From positions 1-64,000 of the forward strand of contig JANRLD010000025.1 of assembly GCA_033762915.1 (NCBI GenBank): a stretch of DNA of 64,000 bases, in the 5' to 3' direction. Source of the stretch: Meiothermus sp. (GTDB lineage: Bacteria > Deinococcota > Deinococci > Deinococcales > Thermaceae). The position numbers and the translations under genes are program-made. This document shows positions 48,501-57,500 of the stretch, piece after piece. The notes below the pieces were generated by a model, which was not told where the DNA came from, did no database searches, and was given only the letters and a program-made list of their open reading frames with translations. The stretch's first letter is position 1, and every line of letters starts with the position of its first letter.

Positions 48501-51412
48501 ACCGGCCGCCCGAGACCGCCGGTTACGAGGCTGGCTCGGCCCGCCTGGACGGCCAGCCCATCCCCGACCCCCGGGCCGACGAGCAGGGCCGGCTCTACTT
48601 CGAGTTCGCGTTCCAGCCCAGGGGAGTCCTTACCTACAGCCTGCGCCACCGCGAGTCACTGCCAGCCCTCCAGCCGCCCACCCTGACCCTGCGCGCCGGC
48701 GACCGCGAGGTGATGCTGCAGGGACAGGTCGGGTTCGGCGACCTGAACCGGGCCAAGCCGCTGGAAGTCAGCCGCCGCGACGGCTACATCCAGTCCCCCC
48801 TCCCCGGCACTATCTTCAGCGTGGATAAGGCCTCGGTCACAGTGGAGGCTCCCTTCGGCCTCGAGGTGCAGCTCCGCCTCAACGGAGAGCTGGTGGACAG
48901 CCGCAACCTGGGCCAGGGCATCTTCGACTCGACCAAGAACCTCCAGCGCCTGGAGTACTTCGGCCTGCCCCTGCGCCGCGGCCGCAACCTGATCGAGGTC
49001 CAGACGGGCGCGGGATCCGACCGCGTGGAGGTCTTCCTGCCCGACCGACCGGTGCGCCTTGAGGCCCGCCCGGTGAGGGTACAGGCCGACGGGCGCACCC
49101 CGCTGGAGCTGGAATTGCGGGCGGTCGACGACAGCGGCCTGCCCTCGGGCTTCGGGCCGCTGACCCTTCAGAGCTCCCTCGAGCCCCTGGCTACCGACGC
49201 CTTCCCAGGCGAGTCGGGCTATCAGGTGCTGCTGCGCGACGGGCGGGCCACCCTCCTGCTCAGGCCCACCGCCACCCCCACCACCCTGCGCCTGCGCATG
49301 AGCTTCAACGACCTCAGCGCTACCCAGGAGTTCTTCGTGGGTGGCCGCCAGAGCAGCATCGGCCAGATTCAGGGCAGCGTGGGGCTGCAGTTGAGCGACG
49401 GCTGGCAGGGCTTCGGCTCCCTGCGCGGCTACCTCGAGACCCCCCTGGCCGGCGGAACCCTGCGGGCCGCCACTGACACCTCGGTGCGCTTCGAGAGCGG
49501 CCAGGCGGTGGTGGAAAACGGCCTGTCAGGCCAGACAACCCCCACCGGGCGTTTCCCGCTGACCGGCGCGGGCAATGAGGCCACCCAGCCCTTGACCTCG
49601 GCCGACCCCCTGGCCGTGCGCTACGACCAGGAGGCGTTCGGCATCGGCTATTACTCCGGGGCGCTGGCCCTGCCGGGGGTCAGCGAACTCCCCCAGGTCA
49701 CTGCATTGCGCGCAGAGAGCCGTGGCGAGCTCCAGTTGCTCGGCTTCGCTGGGGCCCTGCCGGTGACCAGTATCCGTCAGGAGATCGTGCCCGACGGCAC
49801 CCGCCACTACCGCCTGGGCCAGCCCGCCCTGCCCGAGAGCGAGACCGTGATCGTGCGCACAGGGGCCTCCGAGCGGCAGCTCGAGCGCCTGCGCGACTAC
49901 GTCCTGGACGCGCCCACCGGCATCCTCACGCTCTCCAGCCCGCTGTGGCCCAGCGGCCCGGACTTCCAGAATGTCCGGCTGATCATCACCTACGCGCCGG
50001 AGAGCGCCAGCCGGGCCCCGGGCTACGGCATCGGGGTGCGCTACCGGGCCGGCGGGTTTAGCCTGGGGGCAGGCCTGGCACAGCTGCCCCTGGACAATCA
50101 GAGCCGCGACCTGCGCTACGGCCTCGAGGCCGCCTACCAGAGCCAGGACCTGAGCATCCGCCTTACCTACAGCCATGTCGCGCCAGGCACGCCGGGCAAG
50201 ATGGGCTTAGATCTTGGCGGCAACTCCGACACCCTCGAGGGCAGCGCTAACCTGACCCTACAGAACCAGGTCCAAGGACAGGCCCGGGTGGCGGTCAGGC
50301 TCAGCCCCGACGATAAGCTCTCCCTCGAGCACCAGGCCTCGGACATTAACCAGAGCGGCCTGATCTACACCCGCCGGCTGAGCCCAGCGTTTAGCCTCGG
50401 CGGTGGCCTGGGGTACATCTGGGAGAGCGGCAACCTGGCCGCCCTGGCCCGCCTGGCCGCAACCGGGACCCCGCTCAACACCGAGCTGACCCACAGCCAG
50501 CCCTTGAGCCTCCAGGCTCCTGCCCAGACCCGCCTACGCAGCAACTATGCCCTCGACACCAACTTGAGCCTCGAGGCCGAGGCGGTGACCACCTGGGGCA
50601 TAGGAGTCAGCGGCGTGGTGGGGCTCAAGCAGAAGTTCGACGCCGCCAACCTCTCGCTTTCTTACCAGCTGCCTGGGGCTTCGGGCGAGGGCAACCGAGC
50701 CCGGTTCGGCCTCGAGACGCCCTTCAGCCTGAGCGACAGGCTGAGCCTTAATCTCAACGCCGGCTACGAGCAAAGCCTCAGCAGCGGCGATGCCCAGTCT
50801 GCCGCCGGGGCTGCTCTGCGCTACAAAGCCGACGACTTCAGCGCAACCCTCGGGGCCGAGGCCGCGATGGCCAGCGGGCGGCCCAAGGTGGTGCTGCGGG
50901 CGGGCGCGACTGGCCAGATCGACGACCAGCAGACCCTCTCGCTCGATACGACCTACCAGATCGTCCCCACTGCCGAGGGTCGGTTCACCCTGTCGTACGC
51001 ACTGCGCGGGCGGGACGTGAGCCTGCTTTCCTACCACCGCCTGCTGAGCGGCGGTGAGCCGGTGCTCGAGGGGGCGGTGGCCGCCAGCCTCCACCCCGAC
51101 CCTCGCTTCCAGCTGCGCCCCACCGCGGCCTACCGCTTCAAGCCGCTGGACCAGGTGGGCAACACCTACCAGCTTGGCCTGGGGGCCAACTACTACCTCA
51201 CCGACTGGCTGGGCCTGGGCGCGGGAGCCCACTACCAGTTCCAGCCCGGCCTCGGCCAAAGCGCCACAGCCTGGGGTCTCGAGGGCAGCCTTCGGGTGGC
51301 GGATGGGCTGTGGTTCAACGCCGGCTACACCTTCGGCGGCTTCGAGGGCCTGACCGGCGAGACCCGCGGCGGCTTCTACATCCGCCTAGACTTCTTCGGC
51401 GCGACCCGCTAG
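45506..51412 (+). CDS. 1968-aa DUF11-containing protein with a large C-terminal outer-membrane beta-barrel (putative usher/anchor)
   Basis: ATGA-coupled to the previous gene. Signal peptide, PQPE linker, several DUF11/Ig domains, then several hundred residues of alternating G/aromatic beta-strands ending 'GFYIRLDFFGATR'. Confidence 0.82.
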   Translation: MKPGTGNREQGTGRRSSRGLSLLVPLLSFLALLMFGSALAQVRTELKGIVPGSELRWEITELRASIVVTKPTILNLQIYSPGFDPKDYRSALQGKSELGDERYDKGKGPMRASFALSRDGRVLENRGYGVEPHRWVLFFRGRVEPGVYTIASSLKGLGKNAFLYRIQTSVPESAELLVDPTLQLYDVRRSSAVSIGTIRGPNWVEPFTLEVLPGVGPFRVGIYDEDGPSEMLGRVRLPGQQVVPRQVAGDRQWSYFNVATPGIYRFGFAQAPTSRQYSNTIGFQVNACMQVRGDRFAVLPPKPVTASVVNQAGQRLEFAPTITGEQIREVTLPPLPDGYTLLRIETEGGEPLAANKARLGCAGGSVRFVVALPKVAETPVSPEPREPALTDPTPEPGQPEMVAPPAPEPIAVAPLEPLAPQPEPQPQPQPEPQPQPQPEPQPQPQPEPQPQPQPQPQPQPEPQPQPEPQPQPQPQPQVEVVAPPVKKGRLELTARLVLPTGEQSAEIGVQVGDQTVRLEGGAASLELTPGSLTLTPQVQGATVVGPSTAEVLADQTARAEFRVYPSVQLTLHADKTVLKIGEEAVLTATATTAYARLLPANLQLALPACLEPLETPRLTTPISAARQGVLRVPVRAVCRGEFPVPATLTPWGQGASVSLKVLQPLRFSLTKQALTPAVAVGGQAVYRLTVQNISDEAGPVTLRDPLAVGLLGEPLEQSLVLEPGQERSIELSALVGPEAPARIQNRAQLVNAAGEVLAESEAGVEVLRPAAVLGRTLDKRVVVPGETVEVGLTVGNDGQANLEYSLSDTIPEWLEVSNPPSFSGQLAPGQRVTHRYTATVRFGSGAEGQFEAQLRSNGGDPTATDTLRRVLVPLSKRATPERVVLGNDAAFEIEFTNPTDHPLSLELMEAPDPDLGMDIPGELRYELAPGETQRLTLPAKPKRVGPLENQVTAFVGGAPASFPTKATLMVMPVLEVQRYSLVTLEFSAQGQGERLLLTHRPPETAGYEAGSARLDGQPIPDPRADEQGRLYFEFAFQPRGVLTYSLRHRESLPALQPPTLTLRAGDREVMLQGQVGFGDLNRAKPLEVSRRDGYIQSPLPGTIFSVDKASVTVEAPFGLEVQLRLNGELVDSRNLGQGIFDSTKNLQRLEYFGLPLRRGRNLIEVQTGAGSDRVEVFLPDRPVRLEARPVRVQADGRTPLELELRAVDDSGLPSGFGPLTLQSSLEPLATDAFPGESGYQVLLRDGRATLLLRPTATPTTLRLRMSFNDLSATQEFFVGGRQSSIGQIQGSVGLQLSDGWQGFGSLRGYLETPLAGGTLRAATDTSVRFESGQAVVENGLSGQTTPTGRFPLTGAGNEATQPLTSADPLAVRYDQEAFGIGYYSGALALPGVSELPQVTALRAESRGELQLLGFAGALPVTSIRQEIVPDGTRHYRLGQPALPESETVIVRTGASERQLERLRDYVLDAPTGILTLSSPLWPSGPDFQNVRLIITYAPESASRAPGYGIGVRYRAGGFSLGAGLAQLPLDNQSRDLRYGLEAAYQSQDLSIRLTYSHVAPGTPGKMGLDLGGNSDTLEGSANLTLQNQVQGQARVAVRLSPDDKLSLEHQASDINQSGLIYTRRLSPAFSLGGGLGYIWESGNLAALARLAATGTPLNTELTHSQPLSLQAPAQTRLRSNYALDTNLSLEAEAVTTWGIGVSGVVGLKQKFDAANLSLSYQLPGASGEGNRARFGLETPFSLSDRLSLNLNAGYEQSLSSGDAQSAAGAALRYKADDFSATLGAEAAMASGRPKVVLRAGATGQIDDQQTLSLDTTYQIVPTAEGRFTLSYALRGRDVSLLSYHRLLSGGEPVLEGAVAASLHPDPRFQLRPTAAYRFKPLDQVGNTYQLGLGANYYLTDWLGLGAGAHYQFQPGLGQSATAWGLEGSLRVADGLWFNAGYTFGGFEGLTGETRGGFYIRLDFFGATR
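45515..45542 (+). repeat. Heptamer tandem repeat (GGAACAG)x4 in the 5' end of the barrel gene
   Basis: Four perfect 7-bp units starting 9 nt after the A of ATG 45506. Confidence 0.9.
46763..46936 (+). repeat. Coding Pro-Gln/Pro-Glu tandem repeat
   Basis: 24-bp unit CAGCCTGAGCCACAACCACAACCC x4 (46766-46861) plus degenerate units, encoding about 58 aa of (PQPE/PQPQ)n. Confidence 0.92.
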
Positions 51413-51457
51413 ACCCCAAGCACTCCCATTGCCTCGCGAATTCAACCGCAGAAACCT

Positions 51458-54328
51458 ATGTACACACCCCTCACAAGGCAGGACTCAGGCCGGGCCCGCG
51501 CTCCCCTGGGCCTTCTCGTCATGGCGCTGCCCGCCCCCCTGACCAGAGTCTTCGCCCTCGCGTTGCTCCTCTGCAGCTTCGCTCAGGCCCAGCTCAGCTT
51601 CACCAACAGCACCACCGCCCAGACCCTAGCCAATGCCCTGGCCGGGCCTGGCGTCACAGTAGTGGCCAACTCCGCCACCCTCACCCGCGCCACCACCAAC
51701 CAGAACAACACGGGCACCTTCAGCGGGGGCACCACCGGAGGCGCCGGCCCGGTGGTCGGGATCGGCTCAGGGGTGCTCCTCAACACCGGCAGCTTCGCCA
51801 CCTCAGTGGCGGGGCCCAACAACCGCAAAGGCTCTTCGGCGGGCGGCAGCCAGCTCACCGACGCTGACCTGACCAGCTTGGCCGGGGCCACGGCCAACTA
51901 CGACACCGTGTTGCTGACCTTCAGCGTAGTACCCAGCGGGCGCAGCCTCAACTTCCAGTACGTCTTCGGCAGCGAAGAGTACCCCGAGTATGTCTGCACC
52001 TCGTTCAACGACGCGATGGGGATCTTCGTGCGGGGCCCGGGCATCTCCGGGCCCTACGCCAACGGCGCGGTCAATGTGGCCACCCTGCCCAGCGGGGACC
52101 GGATTAGCATCAACAACATCAACGGCGGGCAGATCGGCTACCAGGGCGGGGCCACCGGGACCGGCTGTGTCCTGGGCAACAACGCCTACTACGTCGACAA
52201 CGGCGATCCCAACAACGCCACCCTGCCCAACTCGGCCCTGTTCACCAATACCCAGCTCGACGGCTTCACCCGGCCCCTGCGCAGCCGGGTCAGCGTGACC
52301 CCCGGCCAGACCTACGTCGTGAAGATCGCCATTGCCGACACCGGCGACGCGCAGTACGACTCCGCGCTGTTCATCGGGCTGATCTCGAGCCAGTCCGACT
52401 GGGGCGATGCCCCCTCCACCTACGGCACCAGCACCGCCACCAATGGCCCCCTGCACGACATCGACAGCCGGATCTTCATCGGCCCGACCCAGCCCGACGT
52501 GGAGAACGACGGCCAACCCGGGGCGGGGGCCGACGGTGACAACCTCAACGGGACCAACGACGAGAACACCCTCACCACCTTCCCAACCCTTACCTCGAGC
52601 ACCCCCACCTACACCCTTAGCGCAATACCGTTGACCAACACCACTGGCCTACCCGCGACCCTGGCAGGATGGATCGACTTCAACCGCAACGGCCTGTTCG
52701 ACGCCTCGGAGCGGGCCACCGTATCGGTGGCCAGCGGCGCCACCAGCGCCACTCTGACCTGGAGCGGGCTGAGCGGGCTTTCGATCGGGACCACCTACCT
52801 GCGCCTGCGCCTCTCCTCGGCGCTCGACTTCGTGGCCAACCCCCTCCCGACCGGCGGCTACGACGACGGCGAGGTGGAGGACTATGCACTGAGTATCGTG
52901 TTCGGGGCGGTGGTCTCGGGCACCGTCTACAGCGACCTACAGCCCAACGGAACCCGCGACAGCGGCGAGAGCTGGAGTGGGGGCCCGACCGTCTTCGTCA
53001 ACCTGATCCAGGCCGGGACGGTGGTGCAGTCGGCCCAGGTGGCCAGCGGCGGCGGGGCCTACAGCTTCAGCGCGGTGCTACCCGGCAGCTATAGCCTGGT
53101 GCTGGGCGGCTCCATCGGCGCCACCACGCCCGCCTCGCCCGCTGGCTGGATGGCCATCAACCCCAGCCCTGCCCTCCTCAGCGTTACGGTCACCGCAAGC
53201 AACATGCCCAACCAGAACTTCGGCCTGTTTAACGGCTATCGCCTCGCGGGCCTGGTTTTCCGAGACGACGGGCGGGGCGGCGGGACCGCCAACAACGCCC
53301 TGCAAGACGGCGGCGAGCCGGGCTTGGGGGGCGTCACCTTGACCGCCACCGCAGGCCCCAGCACCCGCTCGGCCGCGACCGACGCCACCGGGGCCTACGA
53401 CCTCTACATCCCCGCCAGCTTCTCCAGCGTAACCCTGGGCCACGCTCAGACCCCGGCCACCGGCCACAACAACGCCGGATCGGCCGTCACGCTGGCCTCG
53501 AGCTTCTCCGACCCCGCCGCGAGGCAGCGCAGCCTGGGCACCCTGGCCAACGGCTCGAGCTACTCCTACAACTTCGGGGTGGTATGGGCCTCGGAGCTCC
53601 GCCCCGACCAGAGCGGCCAGGCCACCAGCCCCGGCATCGCCACCTACCGCCACACCTTCCGCCCCGGCACCCTTGGCAGTCTCTCGCTCGCCGCCACCGG
53701 CGCACTGACCTACCGCATCCGCCGTGCCGCCGGCTGCACCGCCCTGGCCCCCTCCGACACCCTGCAGCCGCTGCCCCTCTCTGTGGTCGTCGACGCCGCC
53801 TGGCCCCGCGACCCCAATGGCCGTCTCAGCGCCTGCGAACTCGAGCTGCTGGTCCTGGTGCCCGCCGGACGGCCCAGCGGCGCGGTGGACATCGCCCAAC
53901 TTACCAGCAGCCTGACCTGGGCCGGCAACGCGAGCGTGACGGAACAGCGCAACGTCATCGACACCACCACCGTCGTGGCCCAGGGCGCTCTCCGCCTTGA
54001 AAAGGCCGTCCGCAACGTCACCCAGAACGTCCCCGCCGCCGGCGCCTATACCACCAACGTTGCCGGGCGCCCCGGCGACACCCTCGAGTACTGCATCGCC
54101 TTTCGCAACCCCGGCGCCGCCGCCGTCAGCAGCGCCGTCCTCACCGACCCCATCCCCTTCTTCACCAACTACACCGCTTCCTCCCTCCGCCTCGGCGCCA
54201 CCGCCCTCTCCGACGCCGCCGACGCCGACGCCGGCGAGCTGGTGAGCGGCCTCTACGTCCTGGTTCGCCTCGGCAACCTTACGGCAGGCCAGACCGGACA
54301 GGTCTGCTACCGCGTGACAGTGCGCTGA
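51458..54328 (+). CDS. Putative tip adhesin 1: choice-of-anchor-L-like + GEVED + SdrD-B-like + C-terminal truncated DUF11
   Basis: 'FQYVFGSEEYPEYVCTSFND', 'KIAIADTGDAQYDSALFI', 'DWGDAP', 'WIDFNRNG..GEVEDY'; ends 'QVCYRVTVR*'. The start may instead be ATG 51521. Confidence 0.82.
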   Translation: MYTPLTRQDSGRARAPLGLLVMALPAPLTRVFALALLLCSFAQAQLSFTNSTTAQTLANALAGPGVTVVANSATLTRATTNQNNTGTFSGGTTGGAGPVVGIGSGVLLNTGSFATSVAGPNNRKGSSAGGSQLTDADLTSLAGATANYDTVLLTFSVVPSGRSLNFQYVFGSEEYPEYVCTSFNDAMGIFVRGPGISGPYANGAVNVATLPSGDRISINNINGGQIGYQGGATGTGCVLGNNAYYVDNGDPNNATLPNSALFTNTQLDGFTRPLRSRVSVTPGQTYVVKIAIADTGDAQYDSALFIGLISSQSDWGDAPSTYGTSTATNGPLHDIDSRIFIGPTQPDVENDGQPGAGADGDNLNGTNDENTLTTFPTLTSSTPTYTLSAIPLTNTTGLPATLAGWIDFNRNGLFDASERATVSVASGATSATLTWSGLSGLSIGTTYLRLRLSSALDFVANPLPTGGYDDGEVEDYALSIVFGAVVSGTVYSDLQPNGTRDSGESWSGGPTVFVNLIQAGTVVQSAQVASGGGAYSFSAVLPGSYSLVLGGSIGATTPASPAGWMAINPSPALLSVTVTASNMPNQNFGLFNGYRLAGLVFRDDGRGGGTANNALQDGGEPGLGGVTLTATAGPSTRSAATDATGAYDLYIPASFSSVTLGHAQTPATGHNNAGSAVTLASSFSDPAARQRSLGTLANGSSYSYNFGVVWASELRPDQSGQATSPGIATYRHTFRPGTLGSLSLAATGALTYRIRRAAGCTALAPSDTLQPLPLSVVVDAAWPRDPNGRLSACELELLVLVPAGRPSGAVDIAQLTSSLTWAGNASVTEQRNVIDTTTVVAQGALRLEKAVRNVTQNVPAAGAYTTNVAGRPGDTLEYCIAFRNPGAAAVSSAVLTDPIPFFTNYTASSLRLGATALSDAADADAGELVSGLYVLVRLGNLTAGQTGQVCYRVTVR

Positions 54329-54549
54329 CCCACGCCCTCTCGAGGCCCAACCCCATGGCCTGAAGCGCGTTATCTGGCTTTGTGATCAACCTACTATTGA
54401 GCGGTCCAAATAACCACGACCAAGCCCGTCTAGCACGTAAATTTAGTGTGGATGTCGACGATTTCGACCACACGTACGGCTCTTTCAGCTTCAACATTAC
54501 CTCAAGTGCCGTCTGGTAGCCGGCTCGAGCCCGGAGGAGCGCCGCCACG

Positions 54550-57500
54550 ATGATGCCTAAAACCGCCGGCGGATGGCCCGGGCTGGCGGTCGGGCTGGTG
54601 CTTATCGCCCTGACAGGGCTGTCCGGGCCAGCCTCGGCCCAGGCCACCAATTTCTGCGCCAACGCCGGGGGCACCCGCAGCGCCAACCTCTTCGCCCTCG
54701 ACGGAACCTTCGGCACCGCCCCGGCCGGCACCCAGGCCCCCACCCTAACCAGTTCCACCAACCCCACCCCCACCGTCACCCCCCTGAGGTACGCGATGAG
54801 CACAGTGCCGGGCGTGACCGGGGGTTTGGACGCCCAGGGACGCCCCATCGGCACCACCACCTACGCCCTCAACAACCGGTCCACGGTAAACTTCCCCGGC
54901 AACTATAGCCCCGAGGACGGTGAGTACGAGATCACCAACAGCTCCTACAGCCGCCAGGACGGAGCCTGGCACCGTTTCATCGGCGGGCGTAACACCGGCA
55001 ACGAGCGCGACCTGTTCATGTTCATCAACGCGGCCGTGGCGGCGGGGGTCTTCTACGAGCAGACCCTCACCGTCACCCCCAACACCAACTTCGAGTTCAG
55101 CATCTCGATCATCAACCTGATCGCCAACAACTCCTCCATCGTGCCCAACGTAAACCTCGAGATCGACCGACTGGGGGTGGACGACAACAACAACGGCACC
55201 GTCGACGAGAGCGGCGAAGCCCAGACCATCGTCCTTACCGGCAACATCCCCAACAGCAACACGCCCATCTGGCGCGACTACGGCGGGGTCATCAACTCGG
55301 GCGCCTCCAACCGCATCACAGTGCGCTTCCGCAATAACGCCCCCGGCGGCGGCGGCAACGACCTGGCCATCGACAACCTGCAGTTCACCAGCTGCACCGG
55401 GCTGAGTACCGGCAACATCTCAGGCCGGGTCTATCTCGACCAGAACGCCAACAACACCTCCGACGCCGGCGAGCCCGGCTACGGCCCCAACGTGGCGGTC
55501 TCGCTGATCGGCAAGGATCAAAACCTGAACGACTTCATCGTGGCCACCGCCCAGACCGCAGCCGACGGCAGCTACAGCTTTGTCAACGTCCCCGCCGGGA
55601 CCTACACCGTGGCGGTCCCCCAGAACGAGCCCCAGCTCAACCAGGCCAACCCCCGCAACCCCAGCACCACCGCCGTCATCAACTCCGTCACCTATGTAAC
55701 CCGCCCCAGCACGGTGGTGGGCCTGGGGACCAGCCTGACCAACCAGAACTTCGGCTTTGGCCCGGCCCCCATCTCGCTCCAGAAGACCGCCAACGCCAAC
55801 TCCAGCACCGACGCCATCGGCAGCGTGATCACCGCCGCCGCCGTGGGGAACACCTTCCAGTACACCCTGCGGGTCACCAACAACACTGGCACCAACCTCA
55901 GCAGCACCTCGCTTCGCCTGATGGACGCCCTGCCCGCGGGGTTGACCTACGTCACCGGCTCGCTACAGATGGCTCTGGTGACCACCGGCAGCCCCACTTT
56001 CAGCAGCGTCAACGACGGCGGCAGCTACCCCTTCACCGAGCCCAGCGGGCGTCTTTTGGGGCGCAACGTGGGCACCAGCACCAGCAGCTTCAACAATGGC
56101 AACCTCAACAGCGGCGAGACCCTGATCGTACGCTTCAGGGTCACCGTGGCCAGCGGCCCGCCGCCACAAATCTCCAACCAGGGCCGCATCACCTACACCA
56201 TCAGTTCGGTCTCGCGGAACGTCCTTAGCGACGATCCCAACGTGGCCGGTTTTGCCGACCCAGCGGTGGTTGTGGTGGGGGCCAACCTAACCGTCTCCAA
56301 GGTCGCCGATCTGGCCTCGGTCAGCCCCGGCTCGACCCTGCGCTACACCATCACTCTGGTCAACAACGGCGCGCTCCCAACCACCGCCCTGACCCTCCAA
56401 GACCCTCTGCCCGCCGGCCTGACCTACGTACCCAACAGCGCCGAAGCGGCCATCGGGAGCACCCCAGCCAGTTTCACCCCGCTGAACGCCTCGAGCTACC
56501 CCTTCGCGACGGCACGAACCATGGGCAACAACGTCTCCTCGGGCGGCTTCAACAACAACACCCTGGCGGTGGGCGAGACCCTCACCGTGCGCTTCAGGGT
56601 CACAGTCGCGGACACCGCCACCGGGCTGGGCCAGGCCACCAGCCTGTCCAACCAGGCCTCGACCGTGTTCAACTACACCGGCGGCAGCCCGACCACCGTA
56701 CCCTCCGACGACCCCGCCTTCGGCGGCCCCAGCGACCCCACCATCACGCCAGTCCAGTACCCTGACTTGACCATCCAGAAGACCGCCGCCGCCACCTTCT
56801 GGCAGGGCAACAACTCAAGCTACACCCTTACCGTCTCCAACACCGCCGGTTCACCGGCCAGCCTGGGGACCGTAAGCGTGACCGACGTGCTTGACGCTAG
56901 TCTCAACTACGTCTCGGCGGGCGGCAGCGGCTGGAGTTGTGCCTATACTGCGGCCACCCGCACCGTGGCCTGCACCCGCTCGGACGCCCTGAGCGGGGGT
57001 AGCGCCTACCCCGGCATCACCTTGACCGTGGTGCCCACCGCAGCCGGGCCGGTACCCAACACCGCCGGCGTAGCCAACGGAGCCGACAACAACAGCGCCA
57101 ACAACACCTCCACCCTCTCCCTGAGCGTCCAGGCCACCTACACCCTCTCCGGCAATGTGTTCGCTGACGCCAACGCCAACGGCCTGCGCGAGGGCGGCGA
57201 GGCTGGGCTGGCCGGCGTGACCGTCGCGCTGGGCGGGGCGGCTGCGCGCACCGCACTCACCGACAGCTCGGGCAACTACGCCTTCACCTTCCTGATCCCC
57301 GGGAGCTACACCCTCACCCAGACCGACCTGCCCGGATACATCTCCATCACCCCCAACCTGCTGGGCGTGAGCCTGGGCAACGCCGACCTGGGCAACCAGA
57401 ACTTCGCCGACTTCCTGGGCTACCGGCTGAGCGGCACCGTCTTCCGCGACGACGGGCGCGGCGGTGGAACGGCCAACAACGCTCTGCAGGACGGCGGCGA

